Of a DNA stretch of 64,000 nt, positions 20,382 to 30,228 are shown piece by piece. Every line of letters begins with the position of its first letter. Position 1 is the first letter of the stretch. The notes beneath the pieces are model-generated. The model had not been told where the DNA came from. It made no database searches and saw only the letters and a list, made by a program, of their open reading frames with translations. Both the position numbers and the translations under genes were made by a program. Source of the stretch: Patescibacteria group bacterium (GTDB lineage: Bacteria > Patescibacteriota > Minisyncoccia > Phycocordibacterales > BOKC01); contig JBBTWE010000001.1 in assembly GCA_038062955.1 (NCBI GenBank), positions 453,640-517,639 of the forward strand, read 5' to 3'.

Positions 20382-23300
20382 TTAAGACGACACACACCCA
20401 GAAAAATTACAATTTAAAAGCCAAGGGGAAAACACGGCATTGCCATAAATCTGATCGCCTGTGCCTCCGGGATTATTTGTGTGTCTCGGTCCGCTTGTAT
20501 CCCCCCACCAATTGTCTCGAGCCACGACATTGGATCCATTTCCAGCATTTAGCCCATAACGTAGATTTTCAGCAATATCGCTTTTTGTTATCGACATATT
20601 TCCAGTGTTACCTGCTGCTTTATTTATACCATAGCCGTTTTGATAGATAGCGCTCGAATCTATATTGAGTGTTCCTTGCCCATTATTCATGGACACTACC
20701 CCCAAAATAGAGCAAAAGAATTGAGCGTAACATTTGCCACCGTACCGCAACACAGCATTCGATATGGTAGAAGTGCTATTGCCATAAAGAACGATGCCGA
20801 CATAGTCCTCTCTGGCAGGATAAGAGCCATAACCATCACCATTAGAATCACCGCCAATAAAATCATCTTTGTAAGAAGTGAAATAAATTTTATTTTGTTT
20901 TTTCCCTTGCGCCACAAATGCTCCACCTACCCACAAAGATGAGCTGTCGGCCTGAAATTTGACCACCGTTCCCGGATTTATGGTCAAAGATTTAGAACCT
21001 GTCGAAAAACTTCCGACTATAAACGGCACACCAGGATTCCAGGTTTGATTTTCTTTGGCACTTCCATAAAGATAAAACCCATTTGTTGAAGTACCGCTCG
21101 TGCGGTTCCCAGAATTAACAAAATCAATTTGAGTTTGATAGCCACTGCCAAAATTACCATCGCCGAATTGATTGTTCGAAAAACTAGTGTTAGTAATAGA
21201 AATATTATGATCCCCAGACTGCCCAATGACATACACACCATAATGTCCACTTTTTGTAATCACACTTTTTTCAATAGAAAGACCTATAGGACCGCCATAG
21301 GGATTTATTGCAATAACTCCACTATAGGTGCTGTTAGTAATGGAAGTGTTACTGATCGTTGTGGTTGCGGAACCTTGTGAATAAACACCGTATCTATTAT
21401 TTATAAACGTACTCAATGAAATATTGATTGGAATTGTGCCGTAATGGGAAATTCCTCCTCGAGCAGAACACGACCCCCAATGACAATAATCAGCGCCTCC
21501 ATATTTAATCACTACATTTGAAATATCAGCGCCTCCTGCGATATGTATTCCTGGATAATCTCCGGCACTTGGTGTCGTGATTGAACCGTCACCATTTGAA
21601 TCCCCTCCCACAGAATCATCTTTTAGGGATGTGAAATAAATCGGTACTCCGGATGTGCCGTTAGCGACCAGAGACCCAAGGACATAGAGAGAAGCAAATT
21701 GTCCATCAACAAACTTCACGATTGTCCCAGGGTTTATTGTAAGAGTGGAATTAGTGGGCACATCTATTCGCCCGTCTATAATAAACGGAACCCCTGGATT
21801 CCAAGTGTGATTTGTGATCAAGGGTCCGCCAATATGAAAACCGCTTTTTGTGGTTCCTGCAGTGGTATTGCCGTGATTTATAAAATTAATTATTGACTGC
21901 CCAGAGATAACTGCATCCCCCTCTGTGTTGTTAACAAAATTAGTGTCAGTGATGGTAGCGTCGATAGCAATATTTTGACTTCCATAGGCATGCACACCGT
22001 AGCTTCCATTCTCTGAAATTGTTGAGTTGGAAATAGAGAGTTTTACAGGTATTCCATAATTGCCATAAGCTTTAACACCTATGTCTCCGCTTTGAGTGAT
22101 TGTGCTATTTTTAATAGTTAAATCTACCGAATTTACACCTTCTATTCCAGATAATGTACTGCTCGCAACGGTACTGTTTACAAAATTTATAACACCGCCT
22201 GAGCTAGTTATGCCAATTCGATTATCGATTATAGTAGTGGAAGTGGCGTTAGTGCTTCCACCTAAATTTATGATTGAAGCTCCAGAAGGATACGAAGAGC
22301 AACCAAACACCCCACACCAGAGATAACCTCCATAACGAATCACAACATTTTCTAGATTTATGGTTCCTCCTCCATAATTTATGAGGCCTATAAAATCACC
22401 GGTGGCTGGAGTGGAAGCATTCCCATCTCCATTGTTGTCCCCGCCTATCGAATCATCTTTGTACGAAGTAAAATAAATTTTATTTTGTGGAGTGCCTTGC
22501 GCGACAAGGGAACCTTCTACCCGAATAAAGTTTTGTCGAGTTTGAAACTTAACAACTGCTCCCGAATTTATCGTAAGCGTTACTCCAGGATTTATTGTCA
22601 CTGGACCCGCAAGAAGATACACCCTCCCACCGACCCATGTGGTGTTTTGACTGACATATCCAGAAACATTTGTGATGGGGAGAGTGTTAGAGGTTGGCGG
22701 GGTGAGAGATGGCACAGTGGTTGTCCAAAGAAAACCTATATTATGTGGCCAAGGATCAATCTGTACTGGAGCATTTGATAAAGGAGACCACCCATATGGA
22801 TCAATATTTTGTCCGCCAGTCTGAAATTGCCGAAGACCAAAATGCAAGTGTGGTCCACCAGTGCAACTCCCCGTATTTCCAGATAAAGCAATACGAGTAA
22901 ATCTATCTTATCCCCACGTAATACCGGACTGTTAATAGCAAAATAATTGGAATTAGCCTTTAGGTGAGCATAAACCGAACACTGATTCTGTATGGGGTGA
23001 AGTATGGCCATATGAAAACCATACCCTACTGTATGGTTTGGATTTTCCCACCCAGCACGATGAATTACACCGCTATCAGCAGCATAAATATTTTTCCCTT
23101 CTATGCGAGTACCATAATCTATTCCATGATGGTTATCATAACAACCGAAACCATTATTGTAAGAACCACAAGAACTAAGAGATGCCCCAAGACCTTGATA
23201 AATCAATCCTGTAAACCTTGTCATTTGGCCTAAGACACTATCATGGTCAAACCATGAGGTTGTGCTTATATCAGGATCAGTAATATCATCGATTGGTAGA

Positions 23301-23419
23301 GTATAGTAACTTGCAAAAACATAAGATGGCAATAGAAAAAATACACTTATAAATATATATTTATAAGTAAATAAGATTTTAATTTTATTTGATAACTTTG
23401 TATTCCCAAACATATCCAT
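20382..23419 (-). pseudogene. Secreted M23 peptidase fused to a triple-module parallel beta-helix protein, interrupted by a frameshift near 22895-22915
   Basis: ORF 22736-23419 carries a signal peptide plus M23 motifs HGIDYG...YAHL. The M23 motif GNTGSCTGGPHLHFG continues in the frame of ORF 20382-22847, upstream of its nominal TTG start. The downstream part has three repeats of FTSYKDD.IGGD.NGDG (about 220 aa each). May be a true pseudogene, a sequencing error or a programmed shift. Confidence 0.6.
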
Positions 23420-24185
23420 CGTTTATAAATGTAATTATAGATCCATCTTCCGACCATCTAAAAGGTATCCAATCTGCATTATGAATATAAGTTAAATTAC
23501 TTCCGTCAGAATCTATAATCACTAAGTAACTAGTTTCTTGAGGAGAATTAAGGTTATAAGTCAAAAAAGCTATTTTATTTCCTAAAGGAGACCATTTGAT
23601 GTAATCAAAACCACTACTACCATAACCCTCTACAATAACCCTGTCAGAGCCATCATTCGAGCGAAGGTACAAATCTACGCTGTTTGCTCCAGTCACATAA
23701 GAAATACTTTTATCCTTGGGAGAATAAGCGGCACTATAAGTATCTCTTGGTAATCCTGCATCGTAGTAATTTCCTTGAATATCTAGATAATAAATTTTAA
23801 GATCCCAGCTAGCATACAATATCACCTTGGTACTATCTGAAGTCCAGCCAATAAAATAACCCCACTCATCGTTAGTCAATCTATTACCCTGGTCATCTGT
23901 AATGTAGTTTTTATCCCCCTCTTCTAATCTCTCAGCAAGCACAACTTTATATTTTTTATTTGGTGAAAAAGTGTGTGAATTTTCAAATTCTATTTCAGTT
24001 TGTTCGGTAGTTTCCATTACTCTCTTTACATCATTTTTATCTGCTTCTTTAGGGATATTCACAGGTTCAGTGTTTTGCACAACTGGTTCTGTTGTGGGAG
24101 CAATTGTTTTATTAACAGATAATAAATAGAACAGGCCAATAAGAACCAAAACGATAATGATGATTGCGATGATTTTGTTTTTCAT
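23385..24185 (-). CDS. Membrane-anchored PD40/TolB-like beta-propeller protein
   Basis: N-terminal TM helix. Repeated ...SPDGSKIAF / DGSxI... blades. Confidence 0.6.
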   Translation of the reverse strand: MKNKIIAIIIIVLVLIGLFYLLSVNKTIAPTTEPVVQNTEPVNIPKEADKNDVKRVMETTEQTEIEFENSHTFSPNKKYKVVLAERLEEGDKNYITDDQGNRLTNDEWGYFIGWTSDSTKVILYASWDLKIYYLDIQGNYYDAGLPRDTYSAAYSPKDKSISYVTGANSVDLYLRSNDGSDRVIVEGYGSSGFDYIKWSPLGNKIAFLTYNLNSPQETSYLVIIDSDGSNLTYIHNADWIPFRWSEDGSIITFINDGYVWEYKVIK

Positions 24186-24203
24186 ATGATTTAATATTAA
24201 TTT

Positions 24204-25397
24204 TTAATCTACTAGTAATGGATAAGATTTTAATTGCTCATCATGCGTTAATTGTTCCGCCTCGCCCATCTCATCAATTGACCAGATTTGTCTGCTTCCG
24301 TTAATCTCGCGAGAAAACACAATCTCGTTTCCGTCGCGAGAATAGTTAGTCTGCTCAACAAAACCATCCCCAAAATTAGTTAAAGAGATGAGAGCTTTTT
24401 GGTTTACATCATACTTCCAAAGATTTGCCCCTTTTGTAAAAATAATTTTTGCGCCGTCCGAAGACCAAACTGGCGGATAATTCCAATTAACGCCCGAAAT
24501 TCTTTCAGCGCCTGAACCATCTGAATTAATCACCCATATCTCACTTTTTTCTTCATTAATAGCAAAATCTGATTTTAGAAATGCAATTTTATCCCCATTC
24601 GGTGAGAAACGAACCCAAGCAAAGATATTTTTATCGCCTTCGAGCAAAAGTTTGTCTTTCCCTTTTGTGTCTCTTATATAAATCGTTGAATCATCGGTTC
24701 CAGTTTTTGTAAGAGTATAAACAATACTTTTATCTTTAGAACTAACGTCCGCATTAGCAACTCCTATTGGTAACTTAGAATCATAATATTTACCGTTCAC
24801 ATTCAAATAATAAATTTGGCGGCCTCGAGCGTTTTCTTCAAAGCCGGAAAGAAAAAGTAGAACACCGGTACTATCTGGCAACCATGAAATAGCGTAACCA
24901 GGTTTTACATCAGTGATCATATTTCCTTCAAGATCAGCGATGTAAGTTTCTGTTTTCTCCTCACTACTTACAGTGACAGCGATTAATTCTCTATTAGGCG
25001 ACAAATATATAAATTTTCTGTAATTATCAAAATTATCTTTATCTATAGTTACAGCGTCACTAGAATCCCCCATTGATTCTTTATTGATAACACTATGTCC
25101 GAAATTATTGACCAACTCCGACACATAAATTAATGAAGATTCTTTTTCTATTGGGATTTCTTTTTCTGCTAGTGCTTCCGTGACATCTTCATCTTTTATT
25201 TCTACAGAAACATCACTATTCATATTTTCCACCTCAAGAATTTTCTCATTATTATCTATCCCCAACTCAACTATCTCTGTCACATCAGAATCCATGGCTT
25301 TTGCTTGAGGGTTTCCAAACGTAATATCCAATATAAAAATAATCAAGAAAATAGAGGTAATTGCCACAAACAAAGTCTCGGTTTTGAGATTTTTCAT
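24204..25397 (-). CDS. Membrane-anchored PD40/TolB-like beta-propeller protein (paralog of 23385-24185)
   Basis: FSPNGDKIAFLKSD, EIWVINSDGSGAERIS, WSSDGAKIIFTKG. Start placed at MKNLKTETLF. The ORF frame stays open to 25451. Confidence 0.6.
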   Translation of the reverse strand: MKNLKTETLFVAITSIFLIIFILDITFGNPQAKAMDSDVTEIVELGIDNNEKILEVENMNSDVSVEIKDEDVTEALAEKEIPIEKESSLIYVSELVNNFGHSVINKESMGDSSDAVTIDKDNFDNYRKFIYLSPNRELIAVTVSSEEKTETYIADLEGNMITDVKPGYAISWLPDSTGVLLFLSGFEENARGRQIYYLNVNGKYYDSKLPIGVANADVSSKDKSIVYTLTKTGTDDSTIYIRDTKGKDKLLLEGDKNIFAWVRFSPNGDKIAFLKSDFAINEEKSEIWVINSDGSGAERISGVNWNYPPVWSSDGAKIIFTKGANLWKYDVNQKALISLTNFGDGFVEQTNYSRDGNEIVFSREINGSRQIWSIDEMGEAEQLTHDEQLKSYPLLVD

Positions 25398-25620
25398 ACC
25401 ATTCATTTGTACCATATATACCATTCCCCAACAATACATAACTTCCACCACCTTTTACCTAGAGTTTTCTTTACATTTCGAGCTGAAGTGATAAAATAGG
25501 CTTATGTTTCCGAATCGATCACTTTTATTAATCAAAGAGTTCACCGAGAGTGACTTAAATTGTCGCTCCCTAAGTAGTGTTTTGTTCGGAGAATTAAAAA
25601 TTTCATACTAAGTTATTTAG

Positions 25621-25650
25621 AGTCCCGCATGTGCGGGATTTTATTTTTTT
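25621..25650 (+). terminator. Orphan intrinsic terminator (tcccgcatgtgcggga plus T9) with no upstream plus-strand gene
   Basis: Perfect hairpin plus long T-run. Region 25452-25620 is divergent from the PD40 gene and non-coding. Confidence 0.6.
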
Positions 25651-25798
25651 GTACCTAACACAAGTCAATATTAAGTTCTTTGTTGACAAAATCTTTGTTT
25701 CATGCTAACATAGACTTATTCATTAACAATCTGTCAAATAACCAAAAATAAAGGTTATTTTCACAAAACATACATTTTCATTAATCTAAACCCAACTT

Positions 25799-26329
25799 AT
25801 GAAGAAAATCGTTGTAAAGAAAAGCAAAATCCACGGCACCGGCTTATTTTTAGAGGAAGATGTGTCGAGAAGAGATTTCATCTCCTACATTCGAGGTCAT
25901 CTCTCCACTCTTAAAAAACAAAAGATTCACACACCCGAAGCGGCGCTCATGTACCCTAATTGGATTGGAGTTTCAATGTCCTACTGGATTGATCCTGCTA
26001 TGCCATTTAGGTATCTTAATCATTCGTGTGATCCTTCCTGTGGAGTTAAAGGAAAGAGAAGATTATACGCACTAAGAGATTTAAAAGCGGGTGACGAAAT
26101 CACAGTTGATTATTCAACTATTGAAGCTAACCCGCATTGGCAAATAAAATGCTCTTGCGGATCAAAAAAATGTCGAGGTATAGTCCGAGCATTAAAGTAT
26201 CTACCGTTATCTAATTTTAAAAAATACTATCCGTTTTTCCCAACAGCGTTTAGAAAGTTTTATATAAGATATAAACATCTCTCTATTAAAGGAAATCCTT
26301 GGATTAAAAAAATAAAGGTTTTCTCTTAA
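25799..26329 (+). CDS. SET-domain protein (putative protein lysine methyltransferase) with Cys-rich post-SET region
   Basis: GTGLF, RYLNHSCDPSC, ITVDYS, CSCGSKKCRG: the SET-domain signatures NHSCxPN and ELTxDY and a post-SET Cys cluster. Confidence 0.75.
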   Translation: MKKIVVKKSKIHGTGLFLEEDVSRRDFISYIRGHLSTLKKQKIHTPEAALMYPNWIGVSMSYWIDPAMPFRYLNHSCDPSCGVKGKRRLYALRDLKAGDEITVDYSTIEANPHWQIKCSCGSKKCRGIVRALKYLPLSNFKKYYPFFPTAFRKFYIRYKHLSIKGNPWIKKIKVFS

Positions 26330-26355
26330 TCAGACAAAGCATAATATATAAAAAT

Positions 26356-26380
26356 CAGACCCACAAAGGTCTGTTTTTTA
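26356..26380 (+). terminator. Intrinsic terminator (cagacc-cacaaa-ggtctg plus T7)
   Basis: Follows the SET gene stop. Confidence 0.65.
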
Positions 26381-26391
26381 TATATTCTTGG

Positions 26392-26700
26392 CTATAAATT
26401 CAGAAAATATTCAGACTCTCCCCTACAAACAAATTCTAAACATTCTTTTCTTTTTTCTAAATGTTTTTTGTTTAAATTATTATCCAAATTGGTTGGTTTA
26501 ACACCGCCGGCATTTTCTAACGTATAGCCAACAACATAAAAATCTTTTCCAACAGGAAATACTAAACACCCTTCCAATAAAAGATTTTCTTCTTTGATTG
26601 TCTTTAATGCTTCATCTTTAAATTCTGTAGATAGGAGTTTACACCAGTCTTTCCAGACCTGTAGTTTCCCTTCTTTGACTTTAAATAAAGAGTATTTCAT
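26392..26700 (-). CDS. Hypothetical protein, 102 aa
   Basis: ORF with plausible start. No motif. Confidence 0.4.
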   Translation of the reverse strand: MKYSLFKVKEGKLQVWKDWCKLLSTEFKDEALKTIKEENLLLEGCLVFPVGKDFYVVGYTLENAGGVKPTNLDNNLNKKHLEKRKECLEFVCRGESEYFLNL

Positions 26701-26714
26701 TTCATTTTATTTTC

Positions 26715-26750
26715 ATAAAAAATCCCCCATACCGCTTTCGGTTAGGGGGA
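26715..26750 (-). terminator. Intrinsic terminator for the 26760-27299 gene
   Basis: On the minus strand, atccccc...gggggat stem followed by TTTTTTAT. Confidence 0.6.
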
Positions 26751-26759
26751 TCATCTGGA

Positions 26760-27299
26760 TCAAGCCAGAGCAAGTTCGGGACGCACGGCGAAGATTGTTT
26801 CTCCGGCCGACTGAGCATTCCCCCCGTGATAACAGATCACACGATCCTGAACGACACTTGAGGGATAGAACTCCTCATCATTCCCACCAAAGATTCTCTG
26901 ATGGATTTCGATGGTGTACTCGTAAAGCCTACCCACACGACCGACTTCTGGTACATCCAGATGATCGAGAGGGTAATGGTGCATGTACTGACCGAGTACT
27001 TCGTTGCAGAACCGCACATACGGCTCCGTATGAAGAATCTGAGAGTGCCAGAACGGATCGAGTACATCCGAGATTGCGTGGCCATTCAAAGGGTCAAGCA
27101 CTGCAATCGCATGGTACTTCCGAAGAGCGAAGATACCACGATCCAAAAATCCTTCAGTAGGATCCTGACCAATGGTAATCATGTCCTTTTGAGTCTTTCT
27201 CCTTTCAGAGGAAAAATCCCAACCATCGATGATTTCCAGAGACCGCATCTGAGTAGTAGTCAAAGGAACCTTCACCCCATCCATCAGTCGTAGTGTCAT
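26760..27299 (-). CDS. GC-rich hypothetical protein (about 180 aa), likely horizontally acquired
   Basis: About 52% GC. RBS aaggaaaag before ATG (MTLRLMDGV...). His-rich motifs (WHSQILH, YMHHYPLDH). Terminator downstream. No family recognised with confidence. Confidence 0.55.
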   Translation of the reverse strand: MTLRLMDGVKVPLTTTQMRSLEIIDGWDFSSERRKTQKDMITIGQDPTEGFLDRGIFALRKYHAIAVLDPLNGHAISDVLDPFWHSQILHTEPYVRFCNEVLGQYMHHYPLDHLDVPEVGRVGRLYEYTIEIHQRIFGGNDEEFYPSSVVQDRVICYHGGNAQSAGETIFAVRPELALA

Positions 27300-27491
27300 C
27301 TGGCTTTTCCTTGCAAGGAACAACTAATAGACAACTCGAAATGAGTTACCTTTCTATATACAAGATATACTATTAGAATGCGTTGTCAACTATTTTTTCA
27401 ATTTATCAGATTCTGTTTTGGGCGAAATTTTGGTAAGATTGAGTGATACAAGTTCTAAAAAACCTTAATTTTATAGATAAAATTTTTGAAT

Positions 27492-28115
27492 ATGTCCCTT
27501 TTAATTACAGTCTCAATATTTTCAGGCATAACTCAATTTTTAGGATATGTTGCGTATACTAAAGATGTAATATTTGAAAAAATTCGTCCAAATGCCGCGA
27601 GCTGGAGCATCTGGGCTTTTGGCGCAGTGCTTGAATCGATCTCATATATATTTCTCACTGGAGACATTCTAAAAAACGTTCTTCCTATCGTCTGCGCGAT
27701 AAGCGCCGTCTTATTTTTTCTTTTATGTTTAAAACGTGGACATTTTGAAAAAATCACTCGATTTGAAAAAATAATAGTTATTGCAGATATAGCAATTATT
27801 ATTATTTGGTTTCTAACGAAATCCCCTTTTTATGCCAATCTTCTCTTTGTTATCACTGCAATCATATCCTTCGTCCCAATAATAGTTAATGTCTACAAAA
27901 ATCCAACATATGAAAATGCTTTTCCCTGGTTTATTTGGACCACTGCGTATGCGCTACAAACAATTGTTGTCGTTGGAAGATTTGAAAAAGCGGAAGATTT
28001 AATCTATCCAGTAGTATTTTTTATTTTGCACATTATTGTTGCGGTCTTAGCGGTAGATGCTCGCAAAAAACGCCATCTAGCCATGATAAAAAAGATGCAT
28101 CCGGAACATCTATAA
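27492..28115 (+). CDS. Integral membrane protein (6 TM), unknown function
   Basis: Hydrophobicity pattern. The ORF nominally begins at TTG 27486. Confidence 0.5.
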   Translation: MSLLITVSIFSGITQFLGYVAYTKDVIFEKIRPNAASWSIWAFGAVLESISYIFLTGDILKNVLPIVCAISAVLFFLLCLKRGHFEKITRFEKIIVIADIAIIIIWFLTKSPFYANLLFVITAIISFVPIIVNVYKNPTYENAFPWFIWTTAYALQTIVVVGRFEKAEDLIYPVVFFILHIIVAVLAVDARKKRHLAMIKKMHPEHL

Positions 28116-28170
28116 CCCTACAAGACATGATTATTCGGCATATGATTTTTATGCTAAAATTGAATGGTCT

Positions 28171-28359
28171 ATGATAGAGAAAAAATCAAAAATATTTTTC
28201 ATAATACTGCTTATCATCATTTTATTTTCGATTGCATATACATACTACGACACATTAATCTTGAGAAGATTTGATATCTTTGTTTCAGAAGATCAAATAC
28301 CAACATATTCAGACCTAACAAGTGAAATTAGAGAATTGATTAACTCCTATGTACAGTAG
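28171..28359 (+). CDS. Small single-pass membrane protein
   Basis: N-terminal TM segment. Overlaps the next gene by 11 nt. Confidence 0.35.
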   Translation: MIEKKSKIFFIILLIIILFSIAYTYYDTLILRRFDIFVSEDQIPTYSDLTSEIRELINSYVQ

Positions 28360-29968
28360 TATTATAGAAAATTTAATGGCGGCTTGTGAATGGGACACTA
28401 CAGATTTTTTAATCGTATCTGCAAATGTATTTGATCGACTCATTTATTATTCCCATATTGTCCCTTTGGTGATTTCGCTAACAATCGGGTTTTTTGTACT
28501 TTATAAAAACCCAAAACAACTTCTATCTAGAATACTATTCGTAATTACAAGTTTATTTTCGGTTTGGGTATTTTTTGACTTGATTCTTTGGGCCACAGAC
28601 AAACCTTATTTCACGATGTTCTTTTGGTCACTCTTGGTCATAATTGAGCCGATCATTTATGCAACCTGTTTGTATTTTATACAGGTATTTATCACTGGCA
28701 AGGATACAACATTAAAAAATAAGATCGTTACCACATTATTCTTATTGCCGACATTTTTTTTAATCAACACTCACTATGCACTTTTAGGCTATAACTTAAT
28801 AAATTGTGACAGAGAAGTTATTGAAGGCCCCCTAACACAATTTGGGTACTTAATTGAAATAGTCTACACGCTCTGGATACTTATATTTTCTATGGAAAGA
28901 TTTAGAAAGATAAAAAATAATAATGTGACTCGTAAGCAAATTGTTTTAGTTACTGTTGGAATATTATTATTTCTTCTTACTTTCTCATCTGGCAATATCA
29001 TAGGAACTATTACTAACGATTGGAGAATTCCACAATGGGGAATATTTGGAATGCCAATATTTATTGGCTTCTTAGCTTACTTGATTGTAAAATACAGAAC
29101 CTTTGACATTAAATTGGTTGCCACACAAGCTTTGGCTATAATGATGTCAATTTTGATCGGCTCACAATTTTTCTTTATAAGGACACCTATAAATCAATTC
29201 CTAAATGGAATCACCTTCTTTATCTCAGTAATCGGTGGCATTCTCTTGGTTAGAAGTGTAAAAAAACAAATCAAACAGCGGGAGCAGGTAGAAAGCTTTC
29301 TAGAGGCTGGTTTTACTAGCGAGGCACTCATTTCATATTTATTGGCAAGTATAGAAGGTGCGCCAGAAACATATTATTGCGACTTAGATAAATTTGCGAC
29401 TAACTTTGATGTCACAAAAGTACATCAAGCACACACTCGTTTCTCCGATGAAGTTTTGAAAATTCATCAATCAAACTCTATTAAAGAGATGGGAAATAAA
29501 GACTACAGAAATGTATTCGAAAAAAGATTAGCTATTGTAAAACCACATCTGTTTGAACGGTATAAGAATGATCCAGATTTGCAGAAACTTTTATTGATGA
29601 GAAGAAGTAATTTAGTTGATGATAAATTCAATGTTGTTGATTTTGGAGAAGATTTCGGTGCAATTGATGAGAGATTATTACTGGTAGCAAGGCAAGTTGA
29701 AAAGTTTATAACGCTGAATGATCTAGGTTCTTCAAAAAAATCTTTAATGAACGGTCTTGAAAAGTGTAAAGAAGGACTTGGTTTAAGTAAAAAAGATTAT
29801 TATATGTCACTGCGTATCATGTATACTGGAAAGATGTATGGTCTTGGTCTAGATGATTTGCTATCATATCTTGAAAAGAAGGGCGAGCTAGGTGGTAGAA
29901 TTAGAATTTTTAAGCAATATCTTGAAAAAGAACACGGAAAGAGTGCGGGTTTCGGAAAAATCTTATAA
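28349..29968 (+). CDS. Membrane protein with histidine-kinase-type 7TM N-terminal domain and a non-kinase C-terminal soluble domain
   Basis: The 7-TM N-terminal region is homologous to the N-terminus of the sensor kinase at 33848-35491 (shared VISL/ILISIFLGFFV, LFVITSLFSVWV, D-L-W pattern). The C-terminal roughly 250 aa lack HisKA/HATPase motifs. Confidence 0.55.
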   Translation: MYSSIIENLMAACEWDTTDFLIVSANVFDRLIYYSHIVPLVISLTIGFFVLYKNPKQLLSRILFVITSLFSVWVFFDLILWATDKPYFTMFFWSLLVIIEPIIYATCLYFIQVFITGKDTTLKNKIVTTLFLLPTFFLINTHYALLGYNLINCDREVIEGPLTQFGYLIEIVYTLWILIFSMERFRKIKNNNVTRKQIVLVTVGILLFLLTFSSGNIIGTITNDWRIPQWGIFGMPIFIGFLAYLIVKYRTFDIKLVATQALAIMMSILIGSQFFFIRTPINQFLNGITFFISVIGGILLVRSVKKQIKQREQVESFLEAGFTSEALISYLLASIEGAPETYYCDLDKFATNFDVTKVHQAHTRFSDEVLKIHQSNSIKEMGNKDYRNVFEKRLAIVKPHLFERYKNDPDLQKLLLMRRSNLVDDKFNVVDFGEDFGAIDERLLLVARQVEKFITLNDLGSSKKSLMNGLEKCKEGLGLSKKDYYMSLRIMYTGKMYGLGLDDLLSYLEKKGELGGRIRIFKQYLEKEHGKSAGFGKIL

Positions 29969-30149
29969 TATTTCAGTAGTTCTTCACGTCTCTTAACGCT
30001 GAAATCACTTTCCACACCTCAAAAATATTTAGCCTGATTTTAAGTTAGATTCTTGGAAAATTGATAAAAAACCCTTCCTATAAAACGTCTCAACAAGGCC
30101 ACTTATCGGAAGATATAAGTAATTACGAGGTTTTATAGTGTATAAATTA

Positions 30150-30177
30150 TTGACTTTTAAAAAATATCTAGTATAAT
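30150..30177 (+). promoter_or_regulatory. Near-consensus sigma-70 promoter TTGACT-N16-TATAAT
   Basis: Hexamers read directly. About 50 nt upstream of the S51 peptidase start. Confidence 0.6.
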
Positions 30178-30228
30178 GTGAGGTGGATGTTCCAATTTTT
30201 GGCACTTTCATTACACAGGAGAAATACA

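Noticed and set aside
20640-22778. Multiple plus-strand ORFs of 65-100 aa
   Set aside because: Antisense within the beta-helix gene.
22736-22847. Two genuinely overlapping genes (M23 peptidase and beta-helix protein)
   Set aside because: The M23 catalytic HxH motif continues in the second frame upstream of its nominal TTG start, so a single frameshifted gene is the better explanation.
26594-27160. 188-aa plus-strand ORF
   Set aside because: Antisense to the GC-rich 26760-27299 gene. Arg/His-rich low-complexity translation.
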